From assembly GCA_963744145.1 (NCBI GenBank), contig CAVUSO010000001.1, positions 5,056,001 through 5,120,000 on the forward strand: DNA of 64,000 nucleotides. Direction: 5' to 3'. This stretch comes from an uncultured cyanobacterium (GTDB lineage: Bacteria; Cyanobacteriota; Cyanobacteriia; Cyanobacteriales; CAWUOF01). Shown piece by piece: positions 23,950 to 33,575 of the stretch (positions are counted from its first letter, which is position 1; the number at the start of each line of letters is the position of its first letter). A program made the translations under genes and the position numbers. The notes under the pieces are model-generated. The model saw only the letters and a list, made by a program, of their open reading frames with translations. It made no database searches and was not told the DNA's origin.

Positions 23950-25065
23950 ATGAATTTAGAAAAGTTGGGTGATCCAGTCAAAGAGCAAGTAGATGAGCAA
24001 ATGTTAATTCCCCAATCAGTATATGCTAAAAAATTGAGACCATTTTTGCCCCCAGAAGCATTTGAACCTGATGGTAGTAAGTTAGTCATACTGTTCATTA
24101 ATTTGGTTATTTTAATCCTGGGTTGGGGAATCGCCGATCATTTAGATCATTGGTCAGGCTATTTTTTATGGCTTTATCTACCTCTAGCTTTGATTATGGG
24201 TAATAGTATAGTAGCCTTGTCATTTGTTTCCCATGACTTGATGCACGGTAGTATTCAGAAAAAGTCTCCCCTAAGTTATATAATTAGTTTTTTTGGGAGC
24301 TTAATGTCGTTTATGCCCCCAACTCAGTGGAAATCTATCCACAATATTGTACATCATAGTCAAACAAATTCTTTGGGAGATCCCGATCGCAATTACCTTT
24401 ATCAGCAGCCTAATAATTGGATAAAATGGATTAAAAATTTAGTTGCCCCATCTTTTGATGTCAATCCATTTTTGTTTTTCATATTGGGGATGCCAGGAGC
24501 ATGGTTATTTCATAATTTTTGCAACCTTTTTTCGATCCTATTGTTTAATAAAAAGTCTGTTAGTTATATGCAGGCTGCATTTACAGTGAGTGATAAGGAT
24601 AGGTTGACGATTGCCCTTGAGTTTATGGGAATTTTATGCCTGCATTTTAGCATTTTATTCTATTTAGACTTTCATCCAATAAAAATCGCTTTTGGCTACT
24701 TTATCCCTCTCGCAATTGGTCATGCAGGAATGATGTTTTATATCTACACAAATCATCTAATTTGCCGGATGACCAGTGTTAATGACCCGTTGATTAATAG
24801 TCTTTCAATAAGGGTTCCTAAGATTTTTGATCTGTTACATTTTAACTTTTCCTATCACACGGAACATCATATTTTCCCTAGTCTTAATTCCAATTATTAT
24901 CCGCTAGTTCAAGAGTTGATTCAAGTTCACTATCCTGACCGGATGAATTTACTTGATGCTGGTGAAGCTTGGCGATTGTTGATGGGAACTCCCCGACATT
25001 ACAAAGATGAAGTTACTTTGACTGATTATTCAGGGAAAATTTCGGTAAATTGCCCTTTAAAGTAG
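23950..25065 (+). CDS. Membrane fatty acid desaturase/hydroxylase family protein
   Basis: Histidine boxes HDLMH, HNIVHH, HTEHH. Confidence 0.88.
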   Translation: MNLEKLGDPVKEQVDEQMLIPQSVYAKKLRPFLPPEAFEPDGSKLVILFINLVILILGWGIADHLDHWSGYFLWLYLPLALIMGNSIVALSFVSHDLMHGSIQKKSPLSYIISFFGSLMSFMPPTQWKSIHNIVHHSQTNSLGDPDRNYLYQQPNNWIKWIKNLVAPSFDVNPFLFFILGMPGAWLFHNFCNLFSILLFNKKSVSYMQAAFTVSDKDRLTIALEFMGILCLHFSILFYLDFHPIKIAFGYFIPLAIGHAGMMFYIYTNHLICRMTSVNDPLINSLSIRVPKIFDLLHFNFSYHTEHHIFPSLNSNYYPLVQELIQVHYPDRMNLLDAGEAWRLLMGTPRHYKDEVTLTDYSGKISVNCPLK

Positions 25066-25291
25066 TTGAACTTGAAGCGATCGTGGCATGAGATCATACC
25101 TAAGCCGAATCAACAGAGGATGATCGTCTGGAGTGGAAAATGGCAGATGGTTCTAATCAGCCGACTGTTTTAGTCTCAGTTTGTTAATGGGGATTACTCC
25201 ACCCCAGCCACTTTCATCATTTTCGTGAGTTTGAATCAGTAGATTGTGTTTCTGTTGAATCGGGTTAGCTAAGGAAGCAGGTTTGGGGATT

Positions 25292-26671
25292 CTATTTAGG
25301 GCAGAAAAGTCGATCGCGTAAACCGCAAAAATAACAATCAGGAGTAGCTAAGTAATTAGGATTAGTTTTATGCCACTTAGATTCAGGAAACTCATAAATC
25401 CAATCCAGACCAGAATCAACATTCAAAAAACCGCTGACTATACCCTGAATAATCCCAACTCCTGTACTAGCACAAATGCTATTTAACCAAAATACCGCCG
25501 GATCATTAATTCCTTCTAGATAACCCGCTTGTGCTGCTAAGTTTTCAATTTCAACCGGAGCTGATTCTAAAGCAGCTCTTTGCAGACTAATGATATTACC
25601 ACACATCAGACACCACCCACCACCTAGAGGTGGAACAGTAATCCGACAATACATCCGGGGAACACTATTGGTTTTCACATCAATATGAGTGCCAAGACAA
25701 ACTAGAGGACGGATATATTTTAAAGCTAATTCTTGGGCAATTTGTCGAGAACGGTGATTGTCGGTAGCAACAACAATTAAATCAGTGGTTGCAATTTCTT
25801 GTTGCACAGGTTTATTTTCAACAGAGGTAGGTATCGCTTTGATAGAAGAACCTCTCCGATAAATATTCTTAATCAATTGTTTGACATATTCAACTTTATA
25901 CCAGTGATGGTCTACCATTTCCCATGTTGCTCCGGGCATCCGATTCAAGTTAACATTTTCTAAGCGATCGGGATCAATCAAGACCCAGTTTTTGACACCC
26001 AAACGTCCTAATTGTTCAGCAAAAACTGCTCCTATTCCACCACAACCAATTAAGGTAACGGTGAGTTGGCTGAGTTGTTGTTGAAAAGTTTCTCCAAATA
26101 CTTTTTGACGGCTAAATATTGGTTCATTTGCGTTAGTAGGATGACTAAATGTTGGCAATTCAAACCATGAAGAGTAAAATTTAACTTCCTCAAAAGCATT
26201 TCCTTGGCGATTCCAAAGTCGAAATTGAGATTGACGAAATGACTGATCAAAGACTCCAGAAATTAACTGGGGCTGTTGGGCGAATTTAGCAGAGAGAAAT
26301 CGGGCATATTCGGACTCATAAATATCATCAACTTGGGAAAAATAAGGAGTTTTTTGTTCAGCATGAGTATGAATATGAACGACATCGAACTCACCTTGAT
26401 GAAGATAGGTATTGAGGAGGTACTCGTGAAATTGTTGTTTGAGAATCAAGCCACTTGCTGATTGAGATTCGTAGCAATCAGGAGTAGGAACAACCCAAGC
26501 TTTTGGTGTATAGCGGACTTGATATTCGGAAATTTGATGGTGTTTACAAAAAAGAAAACCAATCACCTCTTCATTAGTTCTTCGAGCAGTTAACATGGCT
26601 TGACGGAATTGCTGCCACATTGTAGGTGGAATATGTAAAGAAATCTGGGAATAATGTTGTGAATTGTTCAT
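25292..26671 (-). CDS. JAB/JAMM peptidase fused to ThiF/E1-like activating enzyme
   Basis: N-terminal E..HIHTH..FSQVD (JAMM); C-terminal GCGGIG, DPDRLENVNLNR, ATDN, CLMC and CYFC zinc motifs. Confidence 0.88.
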   Translation of the reverse strand: MNNSQHYSQISLHIPPTMWQQFRQAMLTARRTNEEVIGFLFCKHHQISEYQVRYTPKAWVVPTPDCYESQSASGLILKQQFHEYLLNTYLHQGEFDVVHIHTHAEQKTPYFSQVDDIYESEYARFLSAKFAQQPQLISGVFDQSFRQSQFRLWNRQGNAFEEVKFYSSWFELPTFSHPTNANEPIFSRQKVFGETFQQQLSQLTVTLIGCGGIGAVFAEQLGRLGVKNWVLIDPDRLENVNLNRMPGATWEMVDHHWYKVEYVKQLIKNIYRRGSSIKAIPTSVENKPVQQEIATTDLIVVATDNHRSRQIAQELALKYIRPLVCLGTHIDVKTNSVPRMYCRITVPPLGGGWCLMCGNIISLQRAALESAPVEIENLAAQAGYLEGINDPAVFWLNSICASTGVGIIQGIVSGFLNVDSGLDWIYEFPESKWHKTNPNYLATPDCYFCGLRDRLFCPK

Positions 26672-26733
26672 GGTTTTGAGATGGGGTGAAATATCTGGTT
26701 AACAAATGCGATCGCCGGGGAAAATAACTGATC

Positions 26734-27219
26734 TCAATCTTCGCTATTAATAGCGTGCCGAGCTGTTATAAATAAAGTGGCGAGATTATGTCCATGTTCA
26801 GGGTAATTGTTAGGTCGCCAAGAATTAAGCCATCGATCTTGATTAAATCCACCACCTAGTCCTACACAGTACCAGTACCAACCTTCTGTACTTAAAAAAG
26901 GTGCGCCATAATAACTCTGTCTGGTAAAGTGATGATCTCCTTGTCCGACGGTATTCCAAGGGTAGTTTAGATAACAACCTATCGGGGGAAGACTGGGATA
27001 ATCTGGTGGTAATAAGAACAGTAAGTCAGAGTTAGAAACTGCAAATTTTTGAGAAGATAGTGGCATTCCTTTAATCAGAATGGCTGTATATTGAATACCA
27101 CTAATTGTTTTGCTGCCAACAATTATATTATTAGCGACTTTTTCCAACACTTTGAGTTCCGCCATAATTCTTGCTGTTGGCTGAAATTTTGATTGACCAT
27201 AATTGACAGCGATCGCCAT
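26734..27219 (-). CDS. Prokaryotic E2/UBC-like conjugating enzyme
   Basis: LLFLLPPDYPSLPP, WYWYC, WRP..NLATL; lies between the Ubl and E1 genes. Confidence 0.78.
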   Translation of the reverse strand: MAIAVNYGQSKFQPTARIMAELKVLEKVANNIIVGSKTISGIQYTAILIKGMPLSSQKFAVSNSDLLFLLPPDYPSLPPIGCYLNYPWNTVGQGDHHFTRQSYYGAPFLSTEGWYWYCVGLGGGFNQDRWLNSWRPNNYPEHGHNLATLFITARHAINSED

Positions 27220-27255
27220 GAAACTATCTCCTTTGACAATAGAATTAGAAAATAA

Positions 27256-27453
27256 TTATCCTTTCACAATTTTCGGAACAGTCCAAACTTTGCAACCTTC
27301 TTTAAGTGCATCGGTTTCTTTTAAGGGTTTGGTTCCTCCAAATCCTTCTTCCATGACATCATCATTACCAATTTCAGGTAATCTAGCTCTCAATTCTTCA
27401 ACAGTTGCACCAGTTGGTAAGTCTACTAATTTACCATTGACGATAGCTCTCAT
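27256..27453 (-). CDS. Ubiquitin-like beta-grasp protein ending in Gly (65 aa)
   Basis: MRAIVNGKLVDLPTGATVEELR...PKIVKG*; GAGAGGA RBS. Confidence 0.8.
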   Translation of the reverse strand: MRAIVNGKLVDLPTGATVEELRARLPEIGNDDVMEEGFGGTKPLKETDALKEGCKVWTVPKIVKG

Positions 27454-27483
27454 TGTTTTTCCTCTCACGATCAGGGGGGTCAA

Positions 27484-27879
27484 TTAATTGAAAATAACTG
27501 ATTTTTTGATCAAAGCGATCGCCGCAGTCTTCAGTTGGGATTTATGGACGGATGTTTGACAAGTTAAAGCCATCCAAACAGATAAAATTGTTATAGTCGC
27601 AGTTAGGATGATCATGACTAACAGCAATTGATGGTAAAGCTGTTCTAGTTTTTGAACTGACGCTTTTAACCTTTTGAGCTGGTTCATGTATTCTTTCCGA
27701 TCTTTTTGTTCAGCTGCTACTACATTGAGTTCCAATAATTCTAGGTGTTGGCTCAGTTCTCCCAGTTGGGAGTTAACTAATTCAAACTCCTTTGACTGTT
27801 GCACAATCAATTTGCCATTGATCGTTTGAATTAAATCAGCGGAAGTAATTTCAGTTAAGGCAGACATTTTTTCACTCAT
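27484..27879 (-). CDS. Coiled-coil protein with C-terminal TM helix
   Basis: AGGAGG RBS before MSEKMS; heptad region followed by LLLVMIILTATITILSVWMAL. Confidence 0.7.
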   Translation of the reverse strand: MSEKMSALTEITSADLIQTINGKLIVQQSKEFELVNSQLGELSQHLELLELNVVAAEQKDRKEYMNQLKRLKASVQKLEQLYHQLLLVMIILTATITILSVWMALTCQTSVHKSQLKTAAIALIKKSVIFN

Positions 27880-27907
27880 TCCTCCTTGTCTGTCGGTCAA
27901 GATTAAA

Positions 27908-28480
27908 TTAGTCGAAAATATTGGTATTACCAATGGGATAATAATTTTGGTTGTTATTCTGTTGCTCAAAATTATTAAAGATTTCAATCAAATCAACAAC
28001 GCTATTAGCTGCTAGTTTTAGATCACTACCAAGAGATTGTTCTACTGAAGCAACTTCAACACGCATTCCCCGTCTTCTAAGTTTTTCGGCTAAATAGGCA
28101 AAATCTGAATCTCCTGTGACTAAGACAACGATATCAGGACGGACTTCTAAAGCTAGTTCAATCGCATCCATTGCCATGACAATATCAATATTGGTTTCGT
28201 ACTCATCACCTTTTGCTTTACCTTCTTTGGCAACAACTAAAAAGCCTTTACTCTTAGCCCAATAGATAAATTTTTCTTTGGTTTTCCGCTGTTCTTCAAA
28301 TCGTTCTCGCGCTGGAGGTAAACCGACATAAATTACCATTTCAATCAGTTCTCTGCCCTCTTTTGGATCAGCTAGATAGTCACGGAGTTTTTGCCACTCT
28401 GCTTTTCTGTTAAATTTTTGTGCGGCGAGAAACGTATTGTCGCTATCTGCAAGAATCAGGACTCGACGAGGTGTTGCCAT
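27908..28480 (-). CDS. NYN/LabA (PIN-like) domain RNase
   Basis: ADSDN, NIDIVMAMD, VTGDSDF, LKLAANSVVDL. Confidence 0.88.
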   Translation of the reverse strand: MATPRRVLILADSDNTFLAAQKFNRKAEWQKLRDYLADPKEGRELIEMVIYVGLPPARERFEEQRKTKEKFIYWAKSKGFLVVAKEGKAKGDEYETNIDIVMAMDAIELALEVRPDIVVLVTGDSDFAYLAEKLRRRGMRVEVASVEQSLGSDLKLAANSVVDLIEIFNNFEQQNNNQNYYPIGNTNIFD

Positions 28481-28789
28481 AGGTTTTTCTGAATGGTTTG
28501 TTTGCTTTGTTGATCATTAAAAACTATGGTAGGAAATCCCCGTTTCCTATCACTAACACTTTCTGACTGGAAATCCCTGTTTCCTATCACCAATACTATC
28601 TGATCAGCTAAATAGGTGCTTAAGTTAGCTATTCTCACTAACTGCTCAAGGATTTTAACCAATTCCCGATCGCTAGAAATCCCTGATGATTGAAGGTGAA
28701 GCTAAAATCAACAGGGTCATGTAATACTGATGATGTTGACAACTACTATTTTGAGATGTCTTTCATGTTAATTTTAATTACAAATATCC

Positions 28790-28932
28790 ATACTTCGGAC
28801 ATTTTTTAATTTACAACGGTAGAGAGCGGGTTTTGGACTCCAAGATCGCCGCGTAGACATAGCCAGATCAAGGCATCATCAACGGTAAAATAATGATTTT
28901 AGCTGTTTCTCTAAAAACTATCCGGACTATTG
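28790..28932. promoter_or_regulatory. Conserved non-coding element, homologous to the region upstream of cas10
   Basis: Colinear similarity to 48238-48359, including the near-palindrome around TCCGGA. Confidence 0.6.
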
Positions 28933-29053
28933 ATCAATAACTGGAGTATTAATTTAGCAAAAGTCGGATTTCAGCTATGCACATAACCTCAATATTTACC
29001 GCAGTAGCGTGGGTTAGCACTGCCATTGTCTGTAAAAAAGGAAGAAAAATCCC

Positions 29054-29650
29054 ATGGCTTACAGTGACTTTACTTTAGAAAAAGTGCAGAAAAGTTTTGA
29101 TTTAACTATTTCAGAAAACCTAGACCTTTTTGCCAACATTCCGACTTTGGAACCTAGTCCATTACTCATAGAGTTTTTAGGAGATAATGCACAATTAGCA
29201 TTAAAAATCAACACCGAGAAAGCTAGATCAGAAATGATTATTGCGCCAATTTTGCTAGATTTTAGAAAACAGGCTTCCTCGAAAATAAGCTTGTTTTCAG
29301 GAGTAGATTTTAATGTGGATTATGACCGGGGATTAAACGGAATATGTGACTATATTATTAGTAATTCTACCGAACAGTTATTTATCAAATCTCCTGTAAT
29401 TGTTCTGGTAGAAGCGAAAAAGGAAAATATTGTCGGGGGATTAGGTCAGTGCGCTTCAGAAATGTTAGCTGCTCAAATTTTTAACGAACAGGAGGGAAAT
29501 AAAGTTCCGGTTATTTTAGGAGCAGTTACTTCCGGAAATGTTTGGAGATTTTTGCAATTAGAAGAAAAGCAACTCAGAATTGATGCGACAGAGTATTATC
29601 TGAAAGATGTCAATAAAATTTTAGGAATTTTTGCAAAGGGAGTAGAATAA
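29054..29650 (+). CDS. Conserved cyanobacterial protein, probable PD-(D/E)xK fold
   Basis: MAYSDFTL, EKARSEMII, GICDY, VEAKKEN. Confidence 0.7.
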   Translation: MAYSDFTLEKVQKSFDLTISENLDLFANIPTLEPSPLLIEFLGDNAQLALKINTEKARSEMIIAPILLDFRKQASSKISLFSGVDFNVDYDRGLNGICDYIISNSTEQLFIKSPVIVLVEAKKENIVGGLGQCASEMLAAQIFNEQEGNKVPVILGAVTSGNVWRFLQLEEKQLRIDATEYYLKDVNKILGIFAKGVE

Positions 29651-29822
29651 ATGTATCAGAAAGCTTACGGAATTATTGAAACTTTAGCACCACTTCATAT
29701 TGGTGCAAGTGCCGGAGAAGAAACGGGAAATTTAAACTTGATTTTTCGTGATCAGTTTACCCAAACTGGTATTATTCCTGGTAGTTCAATTCGGGGACGA
29801 TTTCGTGCTGATATGCGATCGC
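29651..29822 (+). pseudogene. cmr4: 5' fragment of a second cmr4
   Basis: First ~57 codons nearly identical in protein to cmr4 at 51547; similarity stops at a HIP1 site. Confidence 0.85.
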
Positions 29823-29954
29823 GCTGTCTAAAACTGGAAGAAGAAATAGATGAAAATCTTTGGTATAGACTGACCTATTGCTTTAATGGTGCTGACTGTA
29901 TTTCATGGCGATCGCACTCCCTGGAAACGTCAAGGAGAAGACCGATTAAGACAA

Positions 29955-30078
29955 TAGACCTCTTGCAAAAGTCCTTATTGATCTATTTATTGACAGGCAA
30001 GATGCCTGTCCCATCAGAAAAAATCACTTTTGTGGGACAGGCATCTTGCCTGTCCTATTTATTTTTGCAAGAGGTCTA
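29955..30078. mobile_element. MITE with TAGACCTCTTGCAAAA terminal inverted repeats and an internal palindrome
   Basis: TIR at both ends; a lone copy of the end occurs at ~38083. Confidence 0.7.
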
Positions 30079-30155
30079 ATTTATTCAAGCAGTCAAGACA
30101 GCTTTAAATATCACCAGTCCCACTTGGGGATGATCACTGGAAAGGAGCCTAATTT

Positions 30156-31394
30156 ATGAGCCGAAAAATTATTACTTTTTTGGGAGCTATTCCTGCTCAT
30201 GGAACTCCGGAAAGACCAATGCAGCCCACTACCTACGCTTTTAAAGATGAAAATGGCGTGGAGAAAAGATATGATGGTTATGTGTTTCCTGAAGCATTGC
30301 GGCAGTTTTGCGACTATGACTTGATGTTAGTTTGTTTAACGGAAAAAGCTAAAGCTGTAAATTGGTCAGTGCTAAAAGCGATCGCCGATCCCAAAATTCA
30401 AGCCGTTGATATTCCCACAGGTAACAATACTGCCGAAATGTGGCAGATATTTACCATTATTACAGGACATATTGAAGCAGGCGATCGGGTAATTTTTGAT
30501 ATCACTCACTGTTTGCGATCGCTTCCTTTTCTGGTGTTTTTATTTGCTGCTTATCTAAAAACAGCCAAGCAAGTAAAAATTGAGGCTATTTATTATGGCG
30601 CTCTTGAGTTAAAATCTGAAAATCATGGATTAGCACCAATCATTGATTTATCAGAATTCGTATCTATGATCGACTGGATAGCAGCTAGTAACCAATTTGT
30701 GGAAACCGGAGATGCCAGACAATTATCTAAACTACTCAATCCCAATAGTGATAAATCAGGAGCTAATCAAAAAGCAGCCGAAACTCTTTTCAATGTATCG
30801 ATCGCTACTTTACTTTGTCGACCTTTAGAGTTAGGTATTAGAGCAGAAGCGTTAGCCACCGATTTGTTAGTATCTGAACAATTGCAACTGAATCAAGTTG
30901 TCCCCTTTGAAATGTTGCGACAACAAGTTAATCAAACATTCAGTTCCTTTGTCGGAAAATTAGATAGGAATCCTCAAGCTGCATTACAAGCTCAGTTTCG
31001 GTTAATTAAATGGTATCATAATAACAATCGTATTATTGAAACCATGACGCTAGCTAGGGAATGGTTATTAGCGGCTATCAATTATCAGTTAGAGGGAAGT
31101 GTAGATATCAACAATCGAGATATCCGCGAAAAAGATATTCCTACTGCACTGCGGGATATTCATGATCATAAACCCCTTAGAGATTTAACACCTTATGGTA
31201 GAAAAATTCACACCTGGTCAGAAAAAAAGCAACTAATTTCGGTGTGGAATAAAGTGCGATCGCTGCGAAATACTCTCGACCATGCTGGATATGATAAACA
31301 AGCTCTACCTGCTAGTAAGATATTTCAGGATGCAAATCAAGCAATCAAATCTTTATCGGAATTAGCTAAGTATTGGGGTTTGGGTGATGACTAA
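30156..31394 (+). CDS. csx1: CARF-HEPN ribonuclease (Csx1/TM1812 type), cOA-activated effector
   Basis: ITFLG, DITHCLRSLP, IYYGALE; HEPN motif RNTLDH. Confidence 0.82.
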   Translation: MSRKIITFLGAIPAHGTPERPMQPTTYAFKDENGVEKRYDGYVFPEALRQFCDYDLMLVCLTEKAKAVNWSVLKAIADPKIQAVDIPTGNNTAEMWQIFTIITGHIEAGDRVIFDITHCLRSLPFLVFLFAAYLKTAKQVKIEAIYYGALELKSENHGLAPIIDLSEFVSMIDWIAASNQFVETGDARQLSKLLNPNSDKSGANQKAAETLFNVSIATLLCRPLELGIRAEALATDLLVSEQLQLNQVVPFEMLRQQVNQTFSSFVGKLDRNPQAALQAQFRLIKWYHNNNRIIETMTLAREWLLAAINYQLEGSVDINNRDIREKDIPTALRDIHDHKPLRDLTPYGRKIHTWSEKKQLISVWNKVRSLRNTLDHAGYDKQALPASKIFQDANQAIKSLSELAKYWGLGDD

Positions 31395-31737
31395 TGTAGG
31401 TGTGGATGAAAGAACTCATCCCAATTTTCCATAGAATTCAGAAAAACCTAACCCCCCAACCCCCTTCCCTACGAGGGAAGGGGGAGAAATAGCTCACTAA
31501 TTTTACTTGAGTTTCTGCTGATAATTCTTGCTCCCCTTTCCTCTTAGGAGAGGGGTTGGGGGAGAGGTCAATTGCTGCGATCGCTCCCATAATACTCTCA
31601 TGCTTAAGCTTTACATAAAATTGAGATTAGGAAAACGCCCTTTCCTTAAATAAACCATAATTGTGTTCAATGTTTCTCTGAGCAGACAGCGCAATTATGT
31701 CACAACAAAATCCCACCAATAGCGATCGAGATGTTAC
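31379..31737 (+). repeat. Direct repeat copy 1 (csx1 3' end, hairpins, RT upstream region and first RT codons)
   Basis: Matches 33715-33812 plus 35303-35649. Confidence 0.85.
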
Positions 31738-31969
31738 ACTACCGAGTAGGATGAGAAGTGTTTGACTCGGTGAGAAACTGGTAGTAAAAAGCCGATTATG
31801 AAAGCTGAATGGGAATTTCCGATTGAAATAGTCATAGATTTTCTCCTATAAGTATTTTGACTTATGTAAAACTACTTTTACATTTACTATGATAATTAGT
31901 AAATATAAATCAATAACTTTTACAAACTGCCGAACGCCATCTAGCGCCTTCGGTAAGAGAGAATCAGCT

Positions 31970-33082
31970 ATGAAAGAGATCATTGCTCTTCACCTAACCC
32001 ACTACCGCAAAGGTCTAAACCTCTCTCAAGAGGAACTTGCATCCCTAGCGGGGGTAACTCGCCAGAGCATCCACAACTACGAGAATGGCAAAACCATACC
32101 CGATAGCAAAACCCTTTCGGCTCTTGCCCGTGCTTTGGGTGTTAAGCTAGATGATCTGCTACGGAAAGAAAGCACCTTGGCGTTACCAAACTTCCGGTTT
32201 CGCGCCCATACCACCTTCGACAAAAACCCCCAATTTGCAGCCCAAGTGCTGCGATTGTTAGAAGACTACATCGCACTAGAACAGGCAGTCGGCATTCCCA
32301 CATACACCCCAGAAAGCACCCCTTGTCACCAACTAGAAGGTAACGAAAAGCGAATTGCCGAAATTGCCACCCAGTTTCGCCACCGTTTGGGATTGGGAGA
32401 TGGCCCCATTCTGAATTTGTTTGAAGCTGTGGAAGAGACTGGTTTAAAAGCACTACGCCAGGATCTCCCAATTTCAGGGTTTTTTGGGCTGAGTGCCTGT
32501 AGTCTGGCTCAGGGAGCTTTCGTTTTAGTCAACAGCCATAACATCACCATCGAACGGCAGTTATTTACCCTGGCTCATGAAATTGGACACTTAATATTCC
32601 ATCGAGACGAGTATCAAGACAACTTGATAAAAGAAGGAACCAAAGAAGAAGAAAAAGCACGGGAAGCCGTTGCTAACCACTTTGCCAGTCATTTGCTAGT
32701 GTCTCAAGAGGCTCTAGAGCGAGCCTTAAATGTGTTCAGTAACGTAATTGAATTAAAAGCTCACTTCCGCGTCAGCTACACCATAATATTGATGCGACTA
32801 GAGCAAATGGGAAAGTTAAAGTATAGCGATGCCATTCAGAAAATACGTGGAGAATACAAGCGACAAACTGGAGAATCCCTTCCTAAAGAAAAAGAGATTG
32901 AGCCAACCTTAAGTTCTGAAGATTTTCCAGCCAACCAACGCTTTACTAAATTAGTTTGGCAAGCGCTTTGGGAGGGAAAAGTTTCAGAATTAAAAGCCGC
33001 AGAGTTACTTAATTTATCTGTTGATTCCTTGCGGCAGTCTCGTAAAGAAGCCAGGGTGTATGCTATCGATGCCATCTTCTGA
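31970..33082 (+). CDS. XRE HTH fused to ImmA/IrrE zinc metallopeptidase
   Basis: LSQEELASLAGVTRQSIHNYENG; FTLAHEIGH; EAVANHFAS. Confidence 0.9.
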   Translation: MKEIIALHLTHYRKGLNLSQEELASLAGVTRQSIHNYENGKTIPDSKTLSALARALGVKLDDLLRKESTLALPNFRFRAHTTFDKNPQFAAQVLRLLEDYIALEQAVGIPTYTPESTPCHQLEGNEKRIAEIATQFRHRLGLGDGPILNLFEAVEETGLKALRQDLPISGFFGLSACSLAQGAFVLVNSHNITIERQLFTLAHEIGHLIFHRDEYQDNLIKEGTKEEEKAREAVANHFASHLLVSQEALERALNVFSNVIELKAHFRVSYTIILMRLEQMGKLKYSDAIQKIRGEYKRQTGESLPKEKEIEPTLSSEDFPANQRFTKLVWQALWEGKVSELKAAELLNLSVDSLRQSRKEARVYAIDAIF

Positions 33083-33575
33083 AGGGCTGATTCTGGATGC
33101 TACAGCCCTGATTGACTTTTGCTGGTTGAATGAATGGGAATGGCTACAACAGCAGTACAGCCCTCTGTATATTGCCCAGGAAGTTTTGGACTCGGATCGG
33201 CTAGAAGTAGCAACAAAGGAAGCTGCTATGCACTACCTGGAACCCATTGCCCTCAATACTGAAGAGATGTTTTTGAGTTTCATGGAGTTTCGGATTAAAG
33301 CACCGCTACTCAGTGAAGCCGATCGCTCTACTTTAGCTTTAGCTCGTCACCGCTTCTTATTGTGCGTCAGTGATGACAGACGGATGATTGAGGTTTGTGA
33401 AGAGTACGGCATAGCTTATATTCGGATGCTGCGATTATTGAGCCAAATGGTACAGACCGGACATAGGACAGTTGAAGAGGTCATAGAGATGGCCGATACC
33501 TTAGTCAACGAGCGAGGGAAATGGATTGCACAAACAATTTTGTCAAGCTGGAAGCGCTCATTACTTAACTTCTAA
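33069..33575 (+). CDS. PIN-domain protein (DUF3368-like)
   Basis: LILDATALID, LSEAD, VSDD; overlaps the XRE-IrrE gene. Confidence 0.75.
   Translation: MPSSEGLILDATALIDFCWLNEWEWLQQQYSPLYIAQEVLDSDRLEVATKEAAMHYLEPIALNTEEMFLSFMEFRIKAPLLSEADRSTLALARHRFLLCVSDDRRMIEVCEEYGIAYIRMLRLLSQMVQTGHRTVEEVIEMADTLVNERGKWIAQTILSSWKRSLLNF

Noticed and set aside
27880..27987. N-terminal extension of the coiled-coil ORF
   Set aside because: It overlaps NYN; a strong AGGAGG precedes the Met at 27879
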